64,000 nt of DNA from Octopus sinensis. Lineage: Eukaryota. Each line of letters opens with the position of its first letter. Position 1 is the stretch's first letter. Both the position numbers and the translations under genes were made by a program. Shown in pieces: positions 50,341 through 64,000 of this stretch. The notes beneath the pieces were generated by a model. It was not told where the DNA came from. It ran no database searches and saw nothing but the letters and a program-made list of their open reading frames with translations. The stretch is from the NCBI RefSeq assembly GCF_006345805.1, contig NC_042998.1, positions 67,642,001-67,706,000 on the forward strand, read 5' to 3'.

Positions 50341-51204
50341 TATATATATACATATATATACATATATAAAATAAGCTACATAAAGATATGTATGCATATA
50401 TGTGTGTGTGTGTGTTTGGGAATATACATATATTTAGATATGGCTTTCTCATTCTCTATACACATACATACACAAACATAGATATATACATGAAATAAAT
50501 CCCTATGTATAATGTATATATATATATATATATGAAATATTCCTATTCCTTTGTATGTCAGCTGATATAAAACATAAGGTTATGAGAGTGTTAAATATTT
50601 AACTCTCTCATATCGTCTCCAATGAAGGGTTATTCCTAATATCCCCGAAACAGCTGTAAGCTTCGCCTTTCTTTTATAAATGTCCTAAAATTTCACACTG
50701 CCTTGGCTTTGTTGTCTCATTTTACTTAACATATATGTATCTATATATATTCGCATACATGCATACATATCTATAGCTAGTTTTCCCAATATAATACCTT
50801 GGGTGTAGCATTTCATTAAAGAACTCAAAGTCGCCGAGCGCAGTTTAATTCGCTGACATTTTCCATGGTGATTATGCTGTCGCTATATTTATGATGGCAC
50901 AGTTGTTGCTGTTCTTGTTATTGTTGTTGTTCGTAAAAGCCATAAAATCTATTTAAATTCCATTTACCGAGAAATTAAATTGTTAGTTTAAATCTTATCG
51001 CAGCATGCTTAGTCCTGAGGTGATTTAAAATAGATATCGCATTATCTATTTCTCACCTTCATGAGAACACTTTTTATCTCTGGTCGCTAAACTTTTAAAA
51101 TATCAAGATACTTCAGTGTGCATGTGTATATATGTATATATATATGCATATATATATACATAAGTGCATATATATTAATATATATATGTATATATATATA
51201 TATA

Positions 51205-51248
<44 letters not shown>

Positions 51249-51655
51249 CATAGGGATATATATATATATATATGTATATATATGTACGTCGCGCACACTT
51301 GCATGCATAAAGTCTTGCGTATATATATATATACATTTGCATATATACACGAATACTAACATATATAAGCTTACATGAAGATATGCACATAAATACATAT
51401 ATGCACAGACATACAAACGCACACACAAAATATGCATACATATACACACCACACAGACATCCTCACGCGCACGCGCCCACACACGCATGAACTCGCGCTC
51501 ACACACATGCACACACATGTGAGTGTGTATTCAGATTAAAATCGTGTAGAGAGACAGACTTTCTGGAATTCAGATAACAGCATTCTAAGAAACTCACAAA
51601 CACACGACATCGAACATATACCCACATTTATATATGCATTCGCAAACCACTACAG

Positions 51656-51693
<38 letters not shown>

Positions 51694-52214
51694 GAGGTAA
51701 ATACTGCGTATACGCATAAAACGTCAAATGCAGAGAACTACATTTGCGCATAGACTGATAAAAATAACATACATATACGCATACGAAAAGTGAGGAACTA
51801 TTCTTTCGCACATGCAAATAGTAATATGCCAAGGTGTGTAGTCCTTCAAATAAAAAGCAATTTCTCCTCAATGTACAGAGGAACATTTATTCTAGTTATG
51901 AAAAGTAACGTACGGACTCACACACTTAAAAAGCATCTCTCATTGTTATGTTATTAATGAATATAAAACATACACAAATGCACACAACTGACAATAATGC
52001 TACTGCAGTTTTGAGAAGTTTGTGTATGTGTGTATATGTGTGCGTGTGTAAGTGTCAGTATGAATGTATGCATGTATACATAGATTGTATACATACATAC
52101 ATACATACATACATACATACATACAAAGATGCTATATTACTGTCATCTATACATTGCTATAAATAGATGGGCATTTACATTGACTTAATATCATTGTCAA
52201 TTATACATTTGTTA

Positions 52215-52279
52215 CAAATTTATATATTATATATATAATTTATATATATATTATATATATAATATATTATATATATAAT

Positions 52280-52329
<50 letters not shown>

Positions 52330-52343
52330 ATATATAATGTTTC

Positions 52344-52384
<41 letters not shown>

Positions 52385-52390
52385 TAGATA

Positions 52391-52443
<53 letters not shown>

Positions 52444-52482
52444 ATATATATATATATTATATAATATATATATATATATAAT

Positions 52483-52562
<80 letters not shown>

Positions 52563-52564
52563 AG

Positions 52565-52603
<39 letters not shown>

Positions 52604-52627
52604 ATATATATATATAATATATAATAT

Positions 52628-52659
<32 letters not shown>

Positions 52660-52668
52660 ATATAATAT

Positions 52669-52718
<50 letters not shown>

Positions 52719-52735
52719 TATATATTATATAATAT

Positions 52736-52769
<34 letters not shown>

Positions 52770-52777
52770 ATATATAT

Positions 52778-52809
<32 letters not shown>

Positions 52810-52901
52810 ATATATATATATAATATAATATATATATATATTATATATATATATATATATAATAATATATAGATATATATATATAAAATATATATATATA
52901 T

Positions 52902-52953
<52 letters not shown>

Positions 52954-52960
52954 ATATACA
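52215..52960. repeat. Very long (TA)n array (~750 bp) with AA/TT interruptions
   Basis: Direct reading of the sequence. Confidence 0.95.
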
Positions 52961-53264
52961 TCTAATGTAGGATAAATTTTTCGAAAAAACAAAATTTTAT
53001 CAATGGCCTGCATATTAAAAAATAGCATTAAAGGTTAAATTTATAAACAACTTATTTATAAGATATATATATATATATATATATATCTATATATATATAC
53101 ATTAATACGAAATATTAATATACATGAACAATGAATAAACATTTGGTAAATCACAGATACGTGTATCGGTGGGTGCAGTGTATATATGTTTCATCATACA
53201 TATATACGTACATATAAACATAAATATAAATTTACACACCCATATATATAGACATATATATGTA

Positions 53265-53400
53265 GTATATCATTGTTCAGTTTTATTTCAAAGTTTCTTG
53301 CCAATAGAGTAAGAGCCGTTTTCTAACCTAGATCCTTGGCTCCTTCATTGGAATTTTACCATCGACAATAGGATATTTTTGTATGTGTGTATGTAGCATC
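53265..53400 (-). repeat. Repeat U core, inverted copy
   Basis: CAGTTTTATTTCAAAGTTTCTTGCCAATAGAG...CTAACCTAGATCC...CTCCTTCATTGGAATTTT is the reverse complement of the U core. Confidence 0.85.
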
Positions 53401-54991
53401 TGTGAACAGGGACACTTAATATTCACAGAGATAGAGACCTTAAAAGCCATAGAAACATATTCGCTGTATGTATGTATGTATGTATGTATGTATGGTGTAT
53501 GTATGTATGTATGTGTGTGTGTGTGTATGTATGACTTTAGAAACCATAGCAACATACTCGCTATCATTTTTCCTCTCGGCTCTCTCACAGTCTCTTTCTC
53601 TCACACATTTTCTTTCTCATTCTTCCTTCGTTTGAAATCTCTTTATCGTTCTTTCCATCTTGCATCAAGGTTAAGCCGTATTTGCGCACGGAAACGAATC
53701 CTTAGACGCAAGACACATAGCCATACTAACATACACAGAAACGCGCACAAACACACGGTCACACACTACGCAAGCGCACAAACACACATAAATACAGATT
53801 CACGCAAACACACGAAGAGCTAGTGGAACATTTACTGGCAGAGATGCACACATGCAAAAATCTTCTAAAAACATTGACTGCACACAGATGCATTGATCTT
53901 AGAATATTTGTACTGAACACAAACATGGAACTTTCTCTCGTAGTCATTGTTCATTGCATCGACTATGCTTCCATTCTCTATCTTTTCTCTCAATCTAACT
54001 GTCATTTATACTGTACTTAATGTATGAGCGTATATAAGATATATATATATATATATGTATATATTTATATGTCTCTGTGTGTCTGTATGTACATACTTAT
54101 ATATATATACCTATAAACACACCAACACATATATATATGTATATGTATACATATATATATCAAATATTATATATATATGTGTATACATATATATATATAT
54201 ATACAAATATATATATATATATATATATATGTATACATATATATATATACAAATATATATATAACACTTTTTCATTCCAAGTGGTGTTTTCTTTTTTTCT
54301 CAAACACTGCTTCACTTCACTGAAATTTTGATGTTTACCTCACACTACATTTTCGCCATTACATTGATGTCTTGCTTGTTCTCCCTCCCACACTCCCTTT
54401 CTGCCCATCACCACTCTGTATGTCTTTCTATCTCTGTGAGACTTTCTCCCCCACACTCCTTCGCTCTTTTCTTTCTATCTCTCTTTGTATGTTTTATCCT
54501 CCAGCGTCATCTCCCATTGATAAGTAAACAACTTTCCCAACCAAATAATTCTTTTACGCTTCTCAAATGAAATGAGAAAAAGGTCATCAGAGATTGAAAT
54601 TCAATAGGTTGATCAGGGTCTTGAACAAAACCACGTAAAAGCAGACGATGCACACAAGCACACATACACAAACACACACACACACACACACACATGTATA
54701 TATGCATGTAAATTTCTAAATATATATATATATAAGTAGACAAATGGTACAACAAGGCACCAATATATGTATGTGTAAGTGTGAATGTGTGTGTATGAAT
54801 ATATCTAAATACACATCTACATACGCATATACATACAAACATGTGCGTGCATGTGTACAAAGATCTATCTGTCTCTGTATCAATCTCTCTCTATCTCTCC
54901 CTCAATATATATATATATATCCCCCTCTCTTTCTCTATCTGTCTCTGACTCTCTCTCTCCCTCTCTCTTTATATATATATACACACGCATA

Positions 54992-55030
<39 letters not shown>

Positions 55031-55638
55031 CTGTAACTGTATGTATGTGCATGTATGTACGCATATATGTATGTATGTGTTTAAGTAGGTATGTATATAT
55101 ATATATATGTATGTATGTATTTATAATGGGGCATGAGGAGACTACCGGTGATACCATATAATGAAAGAAAAAATGTCTATAAAAGAATTTCTTTTGAAAT
55201 AATAGTCAAATAGAGACTTAGTACATGGAAAATAAGCAACAAAGCAGAATCCAGATCAGACTCCGCTAACAAATACTAACTAGCAAACTTTTCAGTGGAA
55301 TTATGCTACCATTGATTCTCTTAACTTGGTGCAATAGAATCTTCTAAAAGATGTTTCATGTGTAAAGAGGATAAACACTATATTTGAATGACTTGTTCAA
55401 TAGTTGAGATCATTACATTATTCGCCTGTGTTTATTTTCTTCTTTACTCACCAACAAACCTTTTTTTTTGTATTGTATGCATTTACTCTTTGTACATCAG
55501 TCAACCAAATACAGGCTACGATCGACGCAAACAGACTATTACATCTACTTATATTCATACATACCAGACAAATTTACACACCGCATAGCCATTATATGTG
55601 AGATTATGCGTATGTGCACATTTCTATATATGTAAATG

Positions 55639-55711
<73 letters not shown>

Positions 55712-56702
55712 TATATATATACATTCATTTATTATTACATACATATATATGTATATATACACCACACGCACAGTATGTATGTATATATATGTGTGTGTGT
55801 AAGTGCATATTCATATATATATATATTATATGGATGACACATTCGATCGCTACGCACGGTCTCAACACTTCGATATGGTCTATGAAAGATTAAAAAAAAC
55901 AAGTACATACACACATACACACACCCTATATACGTCTAATATATATATATATACAAATGTCTTTATGTATGTGCGTGTGTGTGTATAAATACACACATAT
56001 ACACGTACTATACTCTTATATATATACACACATACCTATATATACAATTTCATATATATATGTATACACACATACAAACACACACACATATATATATAAA
56101 CATATGAATATATATATATATAAACATATAGACATATATACATGAAGGCATGTATAATATATATGCATTCGTGCATATATTTGTATATACAACTTGTACG
56201 TATATGATTATATTATTTCATCAATGCAGAAGTTACAAATGAACTTTTTTTCGTCCTTGGGAGATGCCATATTTGAATACAAGACGTACCATATGCAACT
56301 CGAGAAGCATTCAGGTTCAAGTAATATGGCAAGTTAATGAGAAAATACGAGAAAAAATATGAAGGAAACTAATTATTCTTTTCTCCTTTATAATGTGCAT
56401 TTACAATTCCCCACGCTTTTTTCTTGTATTTTCTCACTGACTAACTCTGCTATATGATCCAGAATGATTGCCTGATCGTACACTGTATGCTTCGTATAAG
56501 CTTGCTGGAATATTCCACTTTCTCAGCGTGATACCAGAAGTTCATATATAGCTCCTGCTATATGCTTGAATAAGATTTCACTCCGCTGAATTGAATGTTT
56601 TTGCGTTTGGTTTGTTGATTTAATTCCTTTTCTTCCTTTAATTCCTCCTATCCAGAAACAAGCGGCATACTATGTATGTGTGTACATATATACATTTGTG
56701 TG

Positions 56703-56911
56703 TAAGGGTGGGTGCTGAAAAGTCCCTGACTTTAGATAAAAGAAAATACAAGAGTATTAGTTAATTATGGTATTCCTCTCTCAGATTCACACAATTATCG
56801 CAGCGGCCGTTCAGCTTTTCTAAACCATGTAAAAGAACTAGTGAAGTTGCGGCTCCAACCAATATTTTCTTGACCCCCTTAAGGCCAGGAACATTTCAGC
56901 GCACTTTCGTA
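56703..56911. mobile_element. Mariner-type MITE
   Basis: Imperfect ~28-bp TIRs TA..GGGTGCTGAAAAGTCCCTGAC / GCCAGGAACATTTCAGCGCAC..CGTA with terminal TA. Confidence 0.8.
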
Positions 56912-57224
56912 TGTGTTTATATACACACGTAAACACCCCCTACACACACATATTCACATTCACACGTATATTTTTTAGGAAGATCAAATTGCCGGGGACT
57001 TGTTCTAACCGACTGGAATATCCCTAAATCGTTGTCAGTTGATCCTTCAATATATTTGTATATAACAAGTAGAACAACCTATAACAATGTCAACATGCAA
57101 TCTTAGAGTTTCTGAGAGGAAAAAAAAATTATAGCCATGAGTACACATACATATACCCATGAGTATACATACATACATACATACATACATACATACATAC
57201 AAGACAACAGATCCAATCCATCAC

Positions 57225-57500
57225 AGGAACTGTAAAATTCTGTAAATTTTTTCAGAAGTTTATCATTTACATATATATGAGCATGTCTAGATATGTAACT
57301 ATATGCGTGAGAATACTTACATGAAACAAAACGTACAACTCTGCACATATACATACGTGCATACATACATATATACATGCATTCGTGAATACAAAAATAT
57401 CCTGTTGTTGATGTTGAAATTGAAATGAAGGTTACTTGGATCTAGGTTAGAATTTCTATTGGCAAGAAATCTTGGAATAAAACTGGACAGTGACATACAT
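57225..57500 (+). repeat. Repeat U, long copy
   Basis: Colinear with 17888-18185, including GAAGTTTATCATTTA and GAGCATGTCTAGATA. Confidence 0.85.
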
Positions 57501-57659
57501 ACACACATACATGCATGCACAGAAGCCTTGTCACTCTGTGAAGAAGAAGTGAAAAGTAAAAACATACACATACAATGTATAAGTACGTGTTTAAACATAC
57601 ACGCAAGGAAACGAACACCAAACAAAACATCACATCTGCATTTGCACTGACTCCAGATA

Positions 57660-57800
57660 TTGCACACTACACATACATGCACAAATATCCTGTTGGTGTT
57701 GTTGAAATTTCAATGAAGAAGCCTTGAGGCTAGGTTAGAAACTGCTTCTTTCTCTAGTGGCAAAAAACCTTGAAGTAAAACTGAACAATAATATATATAC
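57660..57800 (+). repeat. Repeat U core, tandem copy
   Basis: AAATATCCTGTTGGTGTTGTTGAAATTTCAATGAAG...CTAGGTTAGAAAC...AAAACTGAACAATAA. Confidence 0.8.
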
Positions 57801-57895
57801 ATATATGCATACACTACATACATACATACATACATACATACATACATACATACATCATACATACATACATACATACATACATACATACATACATC

Positions 57896-58228
57896 GTGGC
57901 ACTCCGCTGGTTACGACGACGTGGGTTCCAGTTGATCTGATCAGCGGAACAACGTGCTCGTGAAATTAACGTGCAAGTGGCTGAGCACTCCACAGACACG
58001 TGTAGACTTAACGAAGTTCTCAGGGAGATTCAGCGTGAGACAGAGTGTGACAAGACTGGCCCTTTGAAATACAGGTACAACAGGAACAGGAAGAAATAGT
58101 GAGAGGAACTTGTGTTGAAAGAGTATAGCAGGGTTCGCCACCGCCCACTGCCGGAGCCTGCTGGGGCTTTAGGTGTTTTCGCTCAATAAACTCTCACAAC
58201 GCCCTGTCTGGGAATCGAAACCACGATC
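57896..58228 (-). mobile_element. tRNA-derived SINE, family D, embedded in (CATA)n
   Basis: Minus-strand head GTGGTTTCGATTCCCAGAC, body GAGAGTTTATTGAGCGAAAACACCTAAAG, tail GTGCTCAGCCACTTGCACGTTAATTTCACGAGCAC...GATCAGATCAACTGGAACCC. Confidence 0.9.
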
Positions 58229-58330
58229 CTATGACAGCGTGTCCAAACATACATACATACATACATACATACATACATACATACATACATACATACATAC
58301 ATACATGCATACACACATGCATACACACAT

Positions 58331-58603
58331 AGGGACTGGAATTGCCTCTGGAAAATTCCCCTCCGAGGCACAAATCCGGGCAAAGTTATTTGTGCGAGAC
58401 TATCAGTTACCCTTGCATACCAGGCTCCCTTCTCAAGGTCACTGATGTTATCCAAAGAAAAGACAAAGATCGATACAGCCTGGCATCAGTGATATCACAT
58501 TTCATTTCTACAGTTGAATGATCTGGCGTAACTTGAACACAACGCACAGCCCGATCCGGGAATCGAACTCACAACCTCGCGATTGTAAGCTGAACGCTCT
58601 AGC
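58331..58603 (-). mobile_element. tRNA-derived SINE, family E
   Basis: Minus strand GCTAGAGCG...GTGAGTTCGATTCCCGG (B box), then TGTGCGTTGTG and tail CTTTGCCCGGATTTGTGCCTCGGAGGG. Confidence 0.7.
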
Positions 58604-59350
58604 AAGAAAGACATGTGGCTTCACACAAGCGTGCGCACACACACGTACACACTTGCATATATACATACATACATACACAAATACATATGTATATGTGTGT
58701 ATGTACGCGTACAGACAATTTCTTTTTGCTTATTATTTATTGGCTTTCTAATTCATGTCCTTTATAATTAACACCCTTATTTGCACAGAATCAGCTACAA
58801 AAATCACTTTCTCTGAATGCTTGTCTTCGAGTGTTTTATCTTTCATACTCTACTTTTGTCTATTTATACAATTTTATTTTACGTCAGTACAATTGACAGG
58901 TGATATTTCTGTCGTCGTTATTATCACACTGCAAATAGCAGCCTTAGTCTAATGGTTTTCGTTTATTTTTAAAGAAACCCAATCTAGCTTTCGTACGTTA
59001 CATAGTCACCTAAGTATATTATATTTACAGAAAATGAAAGTGTAGCGTCAGACGAAGCTACGGTATTTGTGTCACAATTATACTTTCACATTTTCATTCC
59101 GTCTTGGGTTTAAACATCTGTGCAATAGTTTCTTAAATGTAAACCAACGACAGTATTCCGTTAGAAATAGTAACCAAATCTTCACAAAGCTCATGTGTCA
59201 CACCTTAAAATTATATATATTAATGTTTAGACTAGATTTTTCGAGCAAGTTACGTTATGACCAAGCTTAGAATATATTTTTTGGTCGATATTTTTGATCG
59301 ATCAGAGCTGACACTGGGCTAAAATAACAACAGATTTTTTAAAATTGATC

Positions 59351-59694
59351 AGCTGTGGCTAAGTGGTAAGATGTCTTCGACATCAGTCCCACTGTGTGAC
59401 ACCTTAGGTTGGTTTCTACTATATCCTGGGTCTTTCCAAAGCCTTGTGAGAGGATTTCGGTGACGGAAACTTAAAGAAGCCCGTTGAATTTGTCTCTGTG
59501 AGTAGGCGTTTGTGTTTGACCTCAACCAGCGCATCACAACCGTTGTAGGTGTGTTGACGTCCGCGTCAGTTATAAAATAAGTACCATGCTTTAAAAAACA
59601 ACATAAGTACTGGGGTCGATTCATTCGAGTAAGAAATCTTTAAGGTAGTGCCCCAGCATGGACACAGTCCAATGAGTGAAATAAGAAGAAGATA
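59351..59694 (+). mobile_element. SINE family A, diverged, spacer lacking TA run
   Basis: GTGGCTAAGTGGTAAG...CAGTCCCACTG...AAAGCCTTGTGAG...GAAGCCCG...AAGTACTGGGGTCGAT...CCCCAGCATGG. Confidence 0.85.
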
Positions 59695-60124
59695 TATGAG
59701 GAATAATTCTTTACATTTTTACTGCTGAATCTTTTACAATAAACCTATTGATGAGCCAAGTGAGGACTGCAAATATATTTGCAAACCTCCCCCATAGAAA
59801 GCCCAGAGAGAGAAGCATACATAAATAATGCCCATAAAGAGAATAATAAGACAGACATGGCCGGACACATTTTGATCATCGATCTACTTAGTGAGGGTTG
59901 ATGTGATGGTTAAACATGAGAAAAGCTGAATCAGGGATCAAAAGTAACCAAATATGCAGATGTGAATATATTTAAGAGATGATTCTTAGATTGTTTGAGC
60001 ATGGAGACATACATACAAATCCACTCATACACCCGCTCTTACAAACGCGAGCACACACTTAGACAAATACACGCACACACAAGCACACATACGGACAGAT
60101 AGAGAGATAGATTGGTAGATAGAT

Positions 60125-60690
<566 letters not shown>

Positions 60691-60825
60691 ATGCGTATAT
60701 CATCTCTAGATTTAAACTATCTGTAACTGAAGGTTTTGGTAAAACGTGAACGTTTGAATATGTATTAGGGTCATAATAATCACCTGTCTCTCTCTGGTTC
60801 ACTAAAGCAAGCTTCAAATGTTTGC

Positions 60826-60925
60826 NNNNNNNNNNNNNNNNNNNNNNNNNNNNNNNNNNNNNNNNNNNNNNNNNNNNNNNNNNNNNNNNNNNNNNNNNNN
60901 NNNNNNNNNNNNNNNNNNNNNNNNN
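60826..60925. other. Assembly gap (100 N)
   Basis: Exactly 100 N, typical of a placeholder scaffold join of unknown size; adjacency across it is not guaranteed. Confidence 0.98.
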
Positions 60926-61919
60926 CTCTTTAGTTAGATATTACTGCCCACTACCTTTATCAAAAAATGAAACGGAAAAATAAATATTATATATTAACAA
61001 CAGTTTCAACGACTAACTTCTATTATTAAAACAATCCTAGTAAAATACATAAGCGCCTGTTCACAAATAAAGCTTGTGTCATCAGAGCATGACAATATTC
61101 CGGTTGATGTTGAGAGACTTCTAAGTTAAAATTCAGCAAATGCTAATATCAAGGCCCACAAATACTAAGTAACATGTCTTTATACTTTCGTCTAGTCTCT
61201 ATATTTACGCAAATCTCGCCAATAAACCGTTTCAGTTTTTTAGAAAAAACATCTTGCAGGAACCAATGATATCACAAAACATTGAAGGCGCACAACGTCA
61301 AACTTTACCGTATTTCAAGCAACCTAAACCAACAGCAAAAGTTAATCAAACATCAGTGTCTTCAACCTTTCTCTGAAATTCGATAGTATAAAACCGACAA
61401 CTTGCCCGACAAACAGATTTTACTATAGAGAATTGGTTATGTTCCCTGTGGTTATATTGGCCAAGAAAATGTCCCTATCCAAATTTTACAGCGACTTAAA
61501 TCTGAATACACGAATTTAAGATTGGAGCTTATATCCATCTTTATGCAAAAGCACAAATGCATATTGATAAATTTGAATGGCCCTGATACAAATATCAGTG
61601 CCTACAAAACTGAATATATATGTGTGATACTGTGCTCTGAATGCCGAACTCCGGCACCTTATGTACTGCATAATATGTTGTGTGTCCTGAACACTGTATT
61701 TTGGGCTATATGCCGTGATATATAAAGTGAATACACTCTCAGATGAGTAAGTATGCATGCAAAGAGCGACAAGGGGATATTACACGGGAAATGTACTTTA
61801 TAAAACGTTAAAAGCAGATGAAAATTAAATGAATGTATAAAACATTTTACACGAACAAGAAAAGGGCACATACTTCACATAGGTAAGCATATGTAATCAT
61901 CAACACAAACACACATACA

Positions 61920-61956
<37 letters not shown>

Positions 61957-62051
61957 ACACATATGCGTATGCGTGTGTGAATGTGTGTTCGTGCATGTAT
62001 ATGAAAGTAAGCATATATATATATATATATATTGCACATATAGTATATCTT

Positions 62052-62084
<33 letters not shown>

Positions 62085-63536
62085 ATACTTGTATAAAAGA
62101 TTACATATACATTATATGTATATATAAAAGCATATATACATATATTCACATACATATTCGCATATAACTATAGGGGAATATTTATATGCATTTCTACGCT
62201 TCTAATTCATTTGTTTTTTTTATATATAATTGCCTCTATTTTTACAGTTTATGTGAATTTATGATTTTGATATCTATACAATTTTTGTATATATATATGT
62301 ATTTTCAAATGTACTTTTATAACTTTATATTGCTATGTTCTTATATATAATCTACTTCACTTTGTACATTCTTAATTCGTAAAGATATATATGTATATAA
62401 TGGTTGTATATCTGTATATCATATTTATGAGTATATGAGTACATGCGTACATAGGTTCGTATTCATAATGTCTGCATATCTATGTTTATATGCCTATACA
62501 AGCATGTACTTTTGTCTGTGTATGCTTATGTCTCTTTATATATACATATATATATATATACATAGATATTTGCATATTTATATGTGTATACATATAGATA
62601 GATATCCATGTCATAGAGTGAGCATATATATATATATATATATATTTACATACGCACACTCACACAAACACACGTATAAAGGTATTATATGCATTTTCGT
62701 ATGCATATATTCGTGTATGTCTTAATATTTTCGCCTGTGTGCATACGTTTGTGCACAATTCCGCATATACGGCTAGCAGGTCATTATTACTAGGACTAGA
62801 TACACTTGTGGTTGTGTTTGTTTATTCTTCTTACGACACATGATATCGTACATCATGTTTATGTGACCAAACTTTGGAGAAAACGATCGCTAACTGCCAG
62901 AGATCGCCATCTTGTACCATGTGATATATGTATTTCTCAACCGATTTCTGCTCCAGATACCATTACTTTGTAGGAGCCTGAAGGTTCCTTGCCTTTGTAA
63001 AATTATTTTCCTTTTATTCTTTTGTATCTATATATCTCTTACTGCATTTCCTGCAATATGCGCCGACATAAATATCGCAGATGATAGCAGCATCTTTTTA
63101 AGCATAGATAACTAAAATATTGACATCGAATCGCCAGAATATTTATAGAGTAGGGTAAAACACCTTTCTTTCACTTTACTCTATATGTTCCTATTTTTCC
63201 GGTCCTGTGTTCAAATCGATGATGTCCTTCGTTTCTTTTCTGGCCTTTAAAATGTTAATTCGACCTGCTTATTTGAACCCTGATTTCTTCGCTGGTACAT
63301 TAAATCCAACGCCCGATTTAATAGCAACACTTTGTCCTCATTGACCCCATCAGACTTTTAACAATTCTCTCTTTCAGGCTTACAAAAACAAAATGGCAAC
63401 TTGCGCTGTCTCTGTGCATGTCGAGTACACGTTATAAAAGAAATGAGAATATATTAAATCATCCAAGAAGTTTGATTTTATATTTTTCTAGTTTTTATTT
63501 TGGTGCCTGTTGTTCGCCAGTGAACTATAGCTTTCA

Positions 63537-63578
<42 letters not shown>

Positions 63579-64000
63579 CACTGTATTGTATTTGTTTGTT
63601 TTAACCAGAACTAATTTGTAATCGACATTAAACCACACTTCTACTGAGACACTATCAAAAGGTGCGTTCACTCCTTGACAGGAATGTCCCATAATATGCG
63701 GAAAAATTTAGTACTCTATCATACACTATGTACCTTCGATTTTTGACGCAGTCCATTTATTTGAAGCAGAGATTCACATAGAGAATTCATGGGAAGTGGG
63801 CTGATAAAATGCGATGATTTATAAAAATAAATATATTTCTCATTTTTCATCTGGAGATGGGCAAATTTTCAAAATCTAATCAAACCACCATAATGAAAAT
63901 AGATGAATTAAATGGGCGCAATTTTTAATGTACCTCATTATTCATAAGGATGAGTGCTGCCAGAAAATCATTTTTATATTTACTTATAGTTGTATTGCTT

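Noticed and set aside
52215-52960. Regular AA/TT interruptions in (TA)n arrays as a higher-order code
   Set aside because: Spacing is irregular and single-base indels in TA runs are a common long-read consensus error.
61520-61735. Frame with five TGA codons (selenoprotein or mitochondrial-code NUMT idea) and ID...WP.....C spacing like a Cys-loop
   Set aside because: The frame also contains TAA, I see no SECIS or mitochondrial protein similarity, and the first Cys and FPFD of the Cys-loop are absent.

Overview
This is AT-rich, microsatellite-saturated eukaryotic DNA. I recognise the repeat families from memory as those of Octopus (coleoid cephalopod); the species call is an inference. I find no intact protein-coding gene, tRNA, rRNA or CRISPR array. 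Almost every ORF in the track is a translation of (TA)n, (TG)n, (CATA)n or CT-rich repeats, so the window reads as intron or intergenic DNA, with one 100-N scaffold gap. What can be supported is a dense record of mobile elements. DNA transposons: a decayed Tigger/pogo transposase, two Tc1/mariner derivatives, a hAT MITE with 8-bp TSD and a foldback MITE. Retroelements: an RTE LINE 3' end with C2H2 fingers, a CR1-like 3' end, remnants of at least two Penelope-like (GIY-YIG) lineages and more than 20 tRNA-derived SINE copies from several module-sharing families. The observations most worth follow-up are a ~230-bp-arm near-perfect palindrome (real or read artefact), head/tail swapping among SINEs, a SINE carrying a hypervariable internal microsatellite, an unclassified microsatellite-flanked repeat with a covarying hairpin, a decayed minimal hammerhead ribozyme and a (TA)n tract bounded by a 15-bp direct repeat. 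I did not find a convincing novel gene system. SINE family letters A-E and element U are my own labels.
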